From assembly GCA_030158725.1 (NCBI GenBank), contig JAOASJ010000101.1:26101-90100 (forward strand): DNA of 64,000 nucleotides, in the 5' to 3' direction. The stretch comes from Bacteroidia bacterium (GTDB lineage: Bacteria; Bacteroidota; Bacteroidia; NS11-12g; UBA955). Shown in pieces: positions 53,363 through 62,439 of this stretch (its first letter is position 1; each line of letters starts with the position of its first letter). The position numbers and the translations under genes were made by a program. Under the pieces are notes generated by a model. It saw only the letters and a list, made by a program, of their open reading frames with translations. It was not told where the DNA came from and made no database searches.

Positions 53363-54085
53363 TTATAGTAATATGCCTAAAGATAAATCAATCTGCATGG
53401 TAATTTGATTGTGTTTTACATCTATTTGAGTAATGATACTTTTCGAATTTATATCATCCCATGTGTATTGATTCAATTTTTTGATATTATCCTGATTTAC
53501 GCCAAAACCAAGTTCCATACCAAATGTAAATCTTGATCCGAATTGTCGTTGATTACCCCAAACTAAAAATAAAGATTTATAAGAGCAAGCAACATCAGAT
53601 TGTGTTGCATAAGTATCCATAATTGAACTTGGTACATATAAATTAAAATCTGATTTAAATGAACGTGTGTTTAATTGAAGACCAATATATCTGCCATGAT
53701 TGATATATTTTCCATATTTATAATATTTGGGAAATATGCTAAATCCTATACCCTTTTTAGAAGCAATATACTCAGTCCCAAAAGGAGCATTAAAGTGTGC
53801 CTCTCTGTATTCTTCCCAGATTGCGCTTTTGTTGGTTTTAACATTTGCACCTACTTCTAGACCAAATTTTTCTGTAAATTTCCTTTCATAACTTGCACCC
53901 ATATAGCCCATAAAACTTGGAGCCAAACGAATTCTTATCAAGTTATTTACACCTTTAACTCTTCCATCATTTAGGAAGGAGCTTATGTTGTTGCTAGGTT
54001 CATCGCTTTTAGATTTGTTTTTTTGCGCATTCACTGAAAATGCTGAAACAACAAATAGCATGGCTAGTAAAACTTTATTTGTCAT
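53363..54085 (-). CDS. hypothetical outer-membrane beta-barrel protein
   Basis: 240 aa with a signal peptide (MTNKVLLAMLFVVSAFSVNAQ) and an alternating beta-strand pattern. A -7 box lies 4 nt upstream of its ATG. Confidence 0.55.
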   Translation of the reverse strand: MTNKVLLAMLFVVSAFSVNAQKNKSKSDEPSNNISSFLNDGRVKGVNNLIRIRLAPSFMGYMGASYERKFTEKFGLEVGANVKTNKSAIWEEYREAHFNAPFGTEYIASKKGIGFSIFPKYYKYGKYINHGRYIGLQLNTRSFKSDFNLYVPSSIMDTYATQSDVACSYKSLFLVWGNQRQFGSRFTFGMELGFGVNQDNIKKLNQYTWDDINSKSIITQIDVKHNQITMQIDLSLGILL

Positions 54086-54089
54086 GTAG

Positions 54090-54097
54090 CAAAAGTA
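54090..54097 (-). promoter_or_regulatory. -7 box TACTTTTG, 4 nt upstream of the ATG at 54085
   Basis: Exact TAnnTTTG match. Confidence 0.5.
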
Positions 54098-54257
54098 CTG
54101 AAAACATTTTTAATTATACATTTTTAAGCATTTAAGCGTTCAAATGCTTTCTTTTATGCTTGAAACAGTGATTTTTATTTTGACTTAAATTCCGATTTCT
54201 CTAATGTTTTCTTTGTGTTAATTTTTAAGATAGTTTTTGATTCCAATTCTTAACTAT

Positions 54258-54265
54258 TAGATTTG
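54258..54265 (+). promoter_or_regulatory. -7 box TAGATTTG, 9 nt upstream of the pssA ATG at 54275
   Basis: Exact TAnnTTTG match. Confidence 0.55.
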
Positions 54266-54274
54266 TCGTCAACA

Positions 54275-54964
54275 ATGAATTTAGTCAAACACATTCCCAA
54301 TATGTTTACTCTAGGAAACCTATCTTGTGGTACTCTAGCAATAGTAAACATTTTTAATGATGAGCCTAAAACTGCAGTATATCTAGTTTTACTGGCAGCA
54401 GTTTTAGATTTTTTTGATGGCTTTTTAGCAAGGTTGTTGAAAGTTAGTGGCGAATTGGGTAAACAATTAGATTCATTGGCCGACTTGGTAACTTTCGGAC
54501 TAGCGCCAGCATGTTTGCTGTATTCGTTATCCTATAATATCCATGGTATATACCGTTATTCTTTTTTGCTTTTGGCTGTATTTTCTGCTTACCGTTTGGC
54601 TAAATTCAATTTGGATACCCGTCAAACAACCTCGTTTATAGGTGTGCCAACACCAATTACTGGAATCACAGTTATGTCAATGGCCATGATAGACGGCGGT
54701 TTTTTCTATGAATTAGTTTTTGATTATGAATATGGTTATTTGGTTTTTTGTGCTGTTGTATCAATGTTATTGATTAGTGAAATAAAATTACCATCCTTGA
54801 AAATTAAGAAAGGTCCTATTTCAAATTACTATCAACACATATTCTTATTGCTAGTAGGTATAGTCTCATTGTTGTTATTTCAATGGCTTTGTATACCTAT
54901 ATTTTATGCTTTTTATGTTTTGTCATCTATTATAATTAATTTCGCAGCAAAAAAATCATCATGA
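54275..54964 (+). CDS. pssA: CDP-diacylglycerol--serine O-phosphatidyltransferase (CDP-alcohol phosphatidyltransferase family)
   Basis: Carries the CDP-OH-P motif DFFDGFLARLLKVSGELGKQLDSLADLVTFG (DG..AR...G...D...D). I prefer the ATG at 54275 because the track's TTG at 54263 lies inside the -7 box TAGATTTG. Confidence 0.85.
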   Translation: MNLVKHIPNMFTLGNLSCGTLAIVNIFNDEPKTAVYLVLLAAVLDFFDGFLARLLKVSGELGKQLDSLADLVTFGLAPACLLYSLSYNIHGIYRYSFLLLAVFSAYRLAKFNLDTRQTTSFIGVPTPITGITVMSMAMIDGGFFYELVFDYEYGYLVFCAVVSMLLISEIKLPSLKIKKGPISNYYQHIFLLLVGIVSLLLFQWLCIPIFYAFYVLSSIIINFAAKKSS

Positions 54965-55215
54965 AATTTTCTGTAGAAATAGAAGTAATGCCTCGTAAAG
55001 AGCTTTTGGATCCTCAAGGAAAGACAGTTACTGTTGGCTTGCATAATGTTGGATTCACTGGCATTGATAACGTGAGAGTTGGTAAATGTATCACTTACCA
55101 AACTACTGCAGCAACTGAACAAGATGCTTTGAAGGAAGCTGATGAAGCTAGCAGAAAATTGCTTGCTAACTTGGTAATGGAAAGTTATTCCATCAAGGTA
55201 ACCCCAATTTCTTAG
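54961..55215 (+). CDS. purS: phosphoribosylformylglycinamidine synthase subunit PurS
   Basis: 84 aa with family-typical VEIEVMPRKELLDPQGKTV and LANLVMESY. It overlaps the pssA stop by 4 nt. Confidence 0.9.
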   Translation: MKFSVEIEVMPRKELLDPQGKTVTVGLHNVGFTGIDNVRVGKCITYQTTAATEQDALKEADEASRKLLANLVMESYSIKVTPIS

Positions 55216-55219
55216 GTTT

Positions 55220-56452
55220 ATGCTCGATCTTGCCATTATTGGTGGGGGTGCTGCCGGTTTTTTTGCAGCAATAAATGCCAAAAGAAAGCATCCCAATTTA
55301 AAGGTTGAGATTTTCGAAAAAAGTAAAACTGTTCTAGGTAAAGTTAGGATCAGTGGAGGCGGGCGTTGCAATGTAACCCATGCCTGCTTTGACAACCGAT
55401 TGCTGGTTTCTTATTACCCCAGAGGGAATAAAGAACTGTTATCTGTATTTGAAAGATTTAATACAAAGGATACTGTAAAATGGTTTGAATCAAGAGGAAT
55501 AGTCTTGAAGTCTGAAGCTGATGGACGCATTTTTCCAATAACTGATAATTCTGAAACCATAGTAAATTGTTTTCTTGATGAATGTGATGAATTAAAAATT
55601 CCAATTAAGACATTACGCAGTGTTAAATCCATTGAAAAAAATGGAGTCTTTCAATTAAATATAAACGACGAAATCGTTGAAGCCCGTCAAGTATTAGTAG
55701 CAACAGGAAGTAGTGATGCTTTTTGGCAAATACTAAAAGGCTTGGGTCATAAAATTATAGAACCTGTTCCATCATTGTTTACTTTTAATATTGAAAATGA
55801 TTTCATAGCTGAACTGATGGGATTAAGTGTTCCTAAAGCTAGTGTGAAGTTGTTGTTAGACAAGTCGCAATTAAAGGAAAGTAGACTTTCACAATCAGAC
55901 TTAACCCAGTCCGGTCCTTTGTTAATAACCCATTGGGGCTTAAGTGGTCCTGCAATTTTGAAACTGTCTTCCATTGCTGCACGGATGCTTAATCAATTAC
56001 AGTACAGATTTGAAATATCTGTAAGTTTGAGTAATTTAAAAGTTGAGGATACCTTAGATTTTTTATTGAAAATAAAAGCGGAGCATCCCAAGAAGCAAGT
56101 AGTAAATACGCCTCTGTTTAATATACCCCAACGCTGGTGGCAAAGGATTCATAGTTTAACTTTCGTAAATACATTTAATACTTGGTCGGACGCATCTAAA
56201 AAAGATCTATTAAAATTTGCTGAAAATCTATCTGGTTTTCAATTAGAAGTAGATGGCAAAAGCACATTTAAGGATGAGTTTGTAACTGCTGGTGGGGTAG
56301 ATTTGAAGGAAGTAGATTTTAAAACCATGCAGAGTAAAATTATTCCCGGACTTTATTTTGCTGGAGAAGTATTGAATATTGATGCACTTACAGGTGGATT
56401 TAATTTCCAAGCAGCTTGGAGTGAAGCTTGGGTAATAAGTGATAATTTGTGA
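55220..56452 (+). CDS. BaiN/HI0933 family NAD(P)/FAD-dependent oxidoreductase
   Basis: 410 aa with the dinucleotide fold IIGGGAAGFFAAI, then ISGGGRCNVTH, and a C-terminal TAGGVDLKEV...FAGEVLNIDALTGGFNFQAAW. Confidence 0.88.
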   Translation: MLDLAIIGGGAAGFFAAINAKRKHPNLKVEIFEKSKTVLGKVRISGGGRCNVTHACFDNRLLVSYYPRGNKELLSVFERFNTKDTVKWFESRGIVLKSEADGRIFPITDNSETIVNCFLDECDELKIPIKTLRSVKSIEKNGVFQLNINDEIVEARQVLVATGSSDAFWQILKGLGHKIIEPVPSLFTFNIENDFIAELMGLSVPKASVKLLLDKSQLKESRLSQSDLTQSGPLLITHWGLSGPAILKLSSIAARMLNQLQYRFEISVSLSNLKVEDTLDFLLKIKAEHPKKQVVNTPLFNIPQRWWQRIHSLTFVNTFNTWSDASKKDLLKFAENLSGFQLEVDGKSTFKDEFVTAGGVDLKEVDFKTMQSKIIPGLYFAGEVLNIDALTGGFNFQAAWSEAWVISDNL

Positions 56453-56464
56453 TAAAATAAAAAT

Positions 56465-56484
56465 GGGTACTATTTCTAGTACCC
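56465..56484. terminator. hairpin terminator between convergent genes
   Basis: 8-bp stem GGGTACTA / TAGTACCC with a TTTC loop, A-rich upstream and T-rich downstream. It lies between stops at 56452 (+) and 56509 (-). Confidence 0.6.
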
Positions 56485-56508
56485 ACTTTCTAATTTAATA
56501 GAATTCTA

Positions 56509-57654
56509 TTAATTAGTTATTGTTGCGCTTTCATATCTTGCTCTGCTGTTAAACCCAAATGAAACCCCAAATCTATATCCAGTACTACTTGGGACAAAGT
56601 AGGCATTTACAGGAATATTTAGTTTTCCTGATTTAAAGGTTTTGCCTAATGCAAAAACAAAGGAAGGGTGGAACGAGAAGGTTCCTCTGCTGTCCATTCG
56701 ACTTTCAATAAACGGTTTACTGCTCATTGAGCTTGTGTCTTTTGCCAAATGCCAATTATTTTGATTGTCATAAAATCCATTAGATGATTTTATAATTGAT
56801 AGTGAAGGGCCAAAGGCAAACTCCCATCCATTTTGATTGTTTCTCATGCCATTTAAAAGGGTAATACTAGGAATAAATAACCCTTGATCAAGTCCTGTTA
56901 ACATTGGAACTACCTCAAATAATGCTTGAAAATTTCCTTGATTTAAATATTGTTTTTCAAATTGATAACCAAATTGAAACATTAAAGGCATTGCTGCAAA
57001 TCCGCCTTCTTTTTTTGGAGCAGCTAGCAGAGTAGCTGTGCTTCCGGTAAAAAAGGTTAAACCCATTCGAGGACCATCCGCTCTTAAGCGATTTGTGTAA
57101 GGGTTGTTTCTTTGTTCGTCAAAAATGAAGCTCTTTGTTAACGTATTTACCTCTTCTGTGTTATTAGGTATTGCATACATTTCATTAAGAGTTATGCGAA
57201 TCATAGTTGGAATAGATGATGGCAGATTTAGAAATTCTTTAACTATTTCCTTGTCATATCCTTTTGTTTTTGTGTCATAGACTTTGAAAATAACTACAAT
57301 TCTATCTGCGACGTTTGAAATACTTCCGGTAAATACCTTTTCACATTCTAGTTTTTTCGCTATTTCATCAATACAGAATGTGCTAAAACAATTATCGTAT
57401 TTCAAATTGTCCCTTTTAGCAATGTACTCAAGGTCATATGGGTCAATTAAAGAGTAGATATTAAGTTTTCCTAATTCTAGTCTGGTAAGGGCAGTTATAG
57501 AAGATGCTGTGGTATTTGCTCCAGCAGTTTGCATAATGCTTTTTGTGTCAATTTCAATCAATGCAACCTTTGTTTTTAAATTGCTTTGAGAAAAGGCATT
57601 GTTAAAGTTTAACAATGATAAAAAGGTAATTGCGAAAATGAATTTAGTGTTCAT
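56509..57654 (-). CDS. hypothetical outer-membrane protein (TolB-N/CsgG-like N-terminal module plus beta-barrel-like C-terminus)
   Basis: 381 aa with a signal peptide. The N-terminal ~150 aa have the pattern VALIEID...LTRLELGKL..Y.LID...C....C..EIAKKL..EKVF.GSI......IV..FKVYD..T. The C-terminal half is G/F/S-rich. The family assignment is tentative. Confidence 0.5.
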   Translation of the reverse strand: MNTKFIFAITFLSLLNFNNAFSQSNLKTKVALIEIDTKSIMQTAGANTTASSITALTRLELGKLNIYSLIDPYDLEYIAKRDNLKYDNCFSTFCIDEIAKKLECEKVFTGSISNVADRIVVIFKVYDTKTKGYDKEIVKEFLNLPSSIPTMIRITLNEMYAIPNNTEEVNTLTKSFIFDEQRNNPYTNRLRADGPRMGLTFFTGSTATLLAAPKKEGGFAAMPLMFQFGYQFEKQYLNQGNFQALFEVVPMLTGLDQGLFIPSITLLNGMRNNQNGWEFAFGPSLSIIKSSNGFYDNQNNWHLAKDTSSMSSKPFIESRMDSRGTFSFHPSFVFALGKTFKSGKLNIPVNAYFVPSSTGYRFGVSFGFNSRARYESATITN

Positions 57655-57851
57655 GACTTTGTAAAAATTTATTGATGCAAAATTGCGTTGGGTTCAGAAT
57701 AGTATTTTATCTATTATTAATTTACTATCGAGTGATATTATTATATTATGTGTATTAATAAAACTTTGTACTATGATTTAGGTCTTGAAGTTGTGATTTT
57801 TAATTTTATTTTAATTATAATTGCATAAAATAATAAAGTTATTACATTGAA

Positions 57852-58859
57852 ATGGCAAAAAATAATAATAATTATCAAGAAAAATGGAATGAAATTTTAA
57901 GTCAGCATGTTCCAAGTAATCTTTCATTGGCCAAAGAAATCAGCGAATTGCTGGATGTAAGTTTGGATAGTGCCTATCGAAGACTGAGGAATGATACTGA
58001 ATATACCTTAACTGAAGCTGCAATGATTGCAAATCATTTTAATTTGCCCTTGGAAGCCTTGAATAATGAGTTGCATTCTGTGGTTAGTTTCAAAACCAAT
58101 CAGTTAAATAACGATGTTGAATCCTATAAACATTATTTAGAAAACATGTTGCTAAATGTGAAAAGATTAAGCCAATTTGAAAGTTCACATATTTATTTTG
58201 GTGCTGAAGACATTCCAGTTTATTACCATTATAGTCAAGAAAATTTAATGAAGTTTAAAATTACTTATTGGTTGAAATCATTAATGATGGTTAAAGATTT
58301 TCAAAATAAGAATTATGGGGAAATAGAAATTTCAGAGGAAATTTTATCGTTAGCGCGCGAGATTTTTTCTGCTTTTTCAAAATTAAATTCAACAGAGATA
58401 TGGACAACTGAGACCGCAAAAAGCACCATTAAACAAATTCAATTTTATTGGGATGCAGGATTCTTTAATTCAATTGAAGATGCCAATAAAGTAGCAGATG
58501 ATTTGACTTCTTGTATTCAACATATTCAAAAACAAGCAGAAGCTGCTTATATGTTTTCAAGTAACGGCACCATGGTCAATGCTAAATACAATCTATTTAT
58601 TAGTGATGTAATGATTGGTACCAATAGTATTTTGGCTAAAACGGAAAGCATCTCAGCTTCATATATCAGCTATAGCACATTTAATTTCATGTCCACAAAT
58701 AATATTGGTTTCAATGCTCAGAATGAACAATGGATGAATAATTTAATGGCACGATCAACTTTAATCAGTGGAGTTTCTGAGAAGCAAAGAAATCAGTTTT
58801 TTAAAGGAGTTTTTAAGCAAATCAATGAATTAAAACAGTACTTCATTGATAATTTATAA
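57852..58859 (+). CDS. putative helix-turn-helix transcriptional regulator
   Basis: 335 aa. The N-terminal LSLAKEISELLDVSLDSAYRRLRNDTEYTLTEAAMIANHF reads as an HTH. The remainder is an unrecognised helical domain. Confidence 0.55.
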   Translation: MAKNNNNYQEKWNEILSQHVPSNLSLAKEISELLDVSLDSAYRRLRNDTEYTLTEAAMIANHFNLPLEALNNELHSVVSFKTNQLNNDVESYKHYLENMLLNVKRLSQFESSHIYFGAEDIPVYYHYSQENLMKFKITYWLKSLMMVKDFQNKNYGEIEISEEILSLAREIFSAFSKLNSTEIWTTETAKSTIKQIQFYWDAGFFNSIEDANKVADDLTSCIQHIQKQAEAAYMFSSNGTMVNAKYNLFISDVMIGTNSILAKTESISASYISYSTFNFMSTNNIGFNAQNEQWMNNLMARSTLISGVSEKQRNQFFKGVFKQINELKQYFIDNL

Positions 58860-58870
58860 CTCGATTAATT

Positions 58871-59980
58871 CTAGATCTTTCCAACATTTCTCTCCAAATT
58901 AATCTTTAGATATAAGGAATAACTGTATTGGAATCTGCCATATTCCTTGTCATAAAAAGGTTCAAGTCTAAAGTCTAAAAACATTCCTTTTTTCAATGCT
59001 TGAGTATACATAAATCGAGACATAATCATGTGTCTATATTGGCGGTGCTCATATACATTATAATAATTGTAATTGTTGTAAATCTGCGTTCCAACAGGAG
59101 ATTGATATTCACGTCCTGCCCAATAATTAAACATTACTTCTATTCCTTTATGTAAGAAGGACAAAGTGTGCCATGATGCATTGCCATTTTTAAATGGCTG
59201 AGTTATAGTTGGAGAAAAATCTTCGCAATGCAACCAATAGTTTTCAGTTTTTATAGTAAATCCATTTGCAGATTTAAAGTATAACTTACCACCTATAGCT
59301 GTATTAACTCTTGAAAAAATAGGGGTAGGATTGCCATTAAGTTGCCCACCTCTATGTGCTAAAGTGCCTTGAAATGGAATAGAAAAGTAGATATTCTTAT
59401 TATTGATTATTTGCTTTTCTGATAGAATTCCTACAGTAAATTTCTCTTGATTTGTGCTGGTTCTGTAAGTTGGCTCGTTCCAAACTAGGAAATTATTGAA
59501 GTAAAAAGTTTTACTTTTATAAATGCCTTGCATACCATTTTCAATGCGATGTGTTATTGCTCTATCAATATTATACATAGGCTCAATAAAACCATAATTT
59601 GTAGTTCCTTGAAGCATGCCCAAGTTATATCGCCATTTGTTTTTGAATATAGAAACACTAAATACAGGTTGAACTGCGACAAAACCTGTACTTCCATAAT
59701 CTTGTCTTGTTTGAATTCCACCTTTTAGTATAACATCATTGTAAGGTTGATAGCTTAAATGAGCCTGTAGCATTGAACCAAAAAAAGTTTGTCCTTTTTC
59801 AATCAAATCAAAATATTCAGTATTTCTGTAATAATTGAAAAATTCTAGGTTTAATTTGAGCGTTTGAGTGTCACCTTTAATCAGCGTGTCTTTTTGATCA
59901 AATACTTGGTTTCTTAATTGGGCATTTGAATTAATAATTAAACCAAAAACTAAAAAAGTTAAAAGTGATTTTAATTTCAT
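58871..59980 (-). CDS. hypothetical outer-membrane beta-barrel protein
   Basis: The ATG at 59980 gives a signal peptide (MKLKSLLTFLVFGLIINSNAQ). The track's TTG at 60007 lies inside the -7 box TACATTTG (60005..60012). The sequence is Y/N/G-rich and alternating. Confidence 0.55.
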   Translation of the reverse strand: MKLKSLLTFLVFGLIINSNAQLRNQVFDQKDTLIKGDTQTLKLNLEFFNYYRNTEYFDLIEKGQTFFGSMLQAHLSYQPYNDVILKGGIQTRQDYGSTGFVAVQPVFSVSIFKNKWRYNLGMLQGTTNYGFIEPMYNIDRAITHRIENGMQGIYKSKTFYFNNFLVWNEPTYRTSTNQEKFTVGILSEKQIINNKNIYFSIPFQGTLAHRGGQLNGNPTPIFSRVNTAIGGKLYFKSANGFTIKTENYWLHCEDFSPTITQPFKNGNASWHTLSFLHKGIEVMFNYWAGREYQSPVGTQIYNNYNYYNVYEHRQYRHMIMSRFMYTQALKKGMFLDFRLEPFYDKEYGRFQYSYSLYLKINLERNVGKI

Positions 59981-60004
59981 TTTAAAAGGGTTTGAATGAG
60001 TTTT

Positions 60005-60012
60005 CAAATGTA
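60005..60012 (-). promoter_or_regulatory. -7 box TACATTTG, 24 nt upstream of the ATG at 59980
   Basis: Exact TAnnTTTG match. Confidence 0.5.
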
Positions 60013-60060
60013 ATAATTTGGAACGATTATTGATTTCTTTAGATTATAATCCTTTTACCA

Positions 60061-60903
60061 ATGAATATTAAGCCATTTTATTTTACTTTAACTTTATTAA
60101 GTTCCCTTATTCTAACTGGAGCTGCATTGAGTTCTTTTACTGTAGATCCCTTAAGTTCAGCGGTTAATGCAGATGAGGCTTTTAAGTATAGAAAAATCAC
60201 AAACAATGCTTTTACCAACAATGAAAAGCTTGAATTTAGAGTTCACTATGGTTTGATAAATGCTGCTTCTATTGTTTTTGAAGTTGGACCAGCTTTGGTT
60301 CAAAAATATGACCGTAAATGCTTTAATGTAAAGGCTGAAGGTAAAACGCTTAAGTCATTTGATTGGGCCTATAAAGTGCGTGATAGATTTGAAACTTTCA
60401 TAGATGCCGAAGCAATGGCGCCAATAAGTTATAATAAAAGTGTTCAAGAAGATAAATATACCGACAACGATCTTGTAACCTTCAAACACAATTCTAAAAA
60501 ACTATTTGGGGTAAAAGGGATGCTCGATATGCCAGTATATACCCATGATGTTATTTCATCAATTTATTATGTTAGAAACATTGATTTTACAAAGTCTAAG
60601 GTAGGAGATAAGTTTCCATTGGATGTATATTTAGACAACAAAATTTACAATTTAGGATTTAAATATGCCGGTAAAGAGACTATTACAACTGATATTGGAA
60701 AAGTTAAATGCATTAAATTAGTCCCAACATTAATTGTAGATAGAGTTTTCAAAGACCAAGAGGACATGACTGTTTGGATCAGTGATGACGAAAATAAGAT
60801 ACCAATTCGAATTAAAGCGAAAATTATGGTAGGTTCTATTAAAGTTGATTTGACGTCTTATAGTGGCTTAAAAAACGATTTTAAAGCACTAATAAAAAAG
60901 TAA
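60061..60903 (+). CDS. DUF3108 domain protein
   Basis: 280 aa with a signal peptide. GEKLEFRVHYGLINAA and the later ...IPIRIKAKIMVGSIKVDL resemble the DUF3108 family. Confidence 0.65.
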   Translation: MNIKPFYFTLTLLSSLILTGAALSSFTVDPLSSAVNADEAFKYRKITNNAFTNNEKLEFRVHYGLINAASIVFEVGPALVQKYDRKCFNVKAEGKTLKSFDWAYKVRDRFETFIDAEAMAPISYNKSVQEDKYTDNDLVTFKHNSKKLFGVKGMLDMPVYTHDVISSIYYVRNIDFTKSKVGDKFPLDVYLDNKIYNLGFKYAGKETITTDIGKVKCIKLVPTLIVDRVFKDQEDMTVWISDDENKIPIRIKAKIMVGSIKVDLTSYSGLKNDFKALIKK

Positions 60904-60904
60904 T

Positions 60905-62377
60905 CTAGTTCAGTGTATAACTGGTGCCATCTTTACCATCTTTAAGTTCAATACCTATTGAAGATAGTTCATTTCTGATTTGATCTGAAACGCTATAGTT
61001 TTTCTGAATCTTTGCTTCATTTCTCATTTTAATGAGCATGTGCATTAACCCGTCAATTTTATCTGAATTTACTTCTTGTTCTAATTTTAATCCTAAAATG
61101 TCAAAAACAAATGAATTGTAATTTTTTTGTAAAATTTCCAATTCTTTAGCGCCTATTTTTAAATTACCAGCTGAAAGATTGTTAATGGTTGTTACCATTT
61201 CAAATAAATTAGCAATTAAAATTGGGGTGTTTAGGTCCTCATTAATAGCATCATAGCATTTTTCTACCAATTTCTCTATTTCAACTTCGTTGGTTTCACT
61301 CGGGCCAATCTTCTTAAGTGTTTCAGACGCGCTTAAGAGTCTGTTTAATCCTTTTTCTGAAGCTTGAAGAGCGGCATTACTAAAATCTAAAGTGCCACGA
61401 TAATGGGCTTGTAAAATGAAGAACTTTAAAGTCATTGGTGAATAAGCTTTCTCTAAGAGTGCATTTTTTCCTGAGAAAAATTCATCTATAGAGATGCCAT
61501 TGTTTAAGGATTTAGCCATTTTTTGCCCATTAACAGTAATCATGTTATGGTGCATCCAATATTTAGCTGGCTGTTTTCCTCCACATGCAATTGATTGAGC
61601 AATTTCTGATTCATGGTGTGGAAATAGCAAATCCATGCCACCACCATGAATATCAAATGTTTCGCCCAAGTATTTTTTACTCATAGCAGAGCATTCGATG
61701 TGCCAACCTGGGAAACCTTTACCCCACGGACTATTCCATTGCATAATATGTTCTTCACCTGCCTTTTTCCAGAGTGCAAAATCATTTGAATTTCTTTTTT
61801 CGTCTTGCCCTTCTAATGTTCGAGCATCATTTCCGGCACCAGCAATCAGGTCTTCAATTATTCTACCAGAGAGCTTTCCATAGTCATGATGTTTGCTGTA
61901 ATTCAAAACATCAAAATACACAGAACCATTGACTACATAGGCAAAGCCATTATCAATGATTTCTTGAATCATTTCAATTTGTTCTATGATGTGGCCACTT
62001 GCTCTAGGTTCTATAGATGCTGGTAAAACATTCATTGAATGCAACATTTGATGGTAACTATCTGTATAAAATTGAGCAATTTCCATTGGTTCAAGTTGCT
62101 CTAATTTCGCTTTTTTAGCAATTTTATCTTCTCCAGCATCGGCATCGTTTACAAGATGCCCGACATCGGTTATATTTCTTACAAATCTTACTTTAAATCC
62201 TAAGTGTCTTAAATATCTATGTAAAACATCGAAAACAACTGGTCCTCGGGCATGGCCCAAATGAGGAAATCCATAGACTGTTGGACCGCAAACATAAATG
62301 CCTACAAATGGAGCTTTTTGTGGTTCAAACGACAAGGTTTCACGCTTGTATGTATCATATATTTTAAGTGCAGTCAT
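60905..62377 (-). CDS. cysS: cysteine--tRNA ligase
   Basis: 490 aa with HIGH-type GFPHLGHAR, the zinc and anticodon regions, and the KMSKS-type KMAKSL motif. Confidence 0.95.
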   Translation of the reverse strand: MTALKIYDTYKRETLSFEPQKAPFVGIYVCGPTVYGFPHLGHARGPVVFDVLHRYLRHLGFKVRFVRNITDVGHLVNDADAGEDKIAKKAKLEQLEPMEIAQFYTDSYHQMLHSMNVLPASIEPRASGHIIEQIEMIQEIIDNGFAYVVNGSVYFDVLNYSKHHDYGKLSGRIIEDLIAGAGNDARTLEGQDEKRNSNDFALWKKAGEEHIMQWNSPWGKGFPGWHIECSAMSKKYLGETFDIHGGGMDLLFPHHESEIAQSIACGGKQPAKYWMHHNMITVNGQKMAKSLNNGISIDEFFSGKNALLEKAYSPMTLKFFILQAHYRGTLDFSNAALQASEKGLNRLLSASETLKKIGPSETNEVEIEKLVEKCYDAINEDLNTPILIANLFEMVTTINNLSAGNLKIGAKELEILQKNYNSFVFDILGLKLEQEVNSDKIDGLMHMLIKMRNEAKIQKNYSVSDQIRNELSSIGIELKDGKDGTSYTLN

Positions 62378-62393
62378 GTCTTTTTAAAGAATG

Positions 62394-62401
62394 CAAAACT
62401 A
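62394..62401 (-). promoter_or_regulatory. -7 box TAGTTTTG, 16 nt upstream of the cysS ATG
   Basis: Exact TAnnTTTG match. Confidence 0.55.
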
Positions 62402-62415
62402 ACAAAAAAAAATCC

Positions 62416-62423
62416 TATTTTTG
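62416..62423 (+). promoter_or_regulatory. -7 box TATTTTTG, 16 nt upstream of the PPIase ATG at 62440
   Basis: Exact TAnnTTTG match. Confidence 0.55.
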
Positions 62424-62439
62424 TAAGCTTATTAAATTT

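Noticed and set aside
54913-55395. 160-aa minus-strand ORF spanning the pssA end, purS and the start of the flavoprotein gene
   Set aside because: It is antisense to three confidently identified genes, has no family-like sequence, and has no promoter box.
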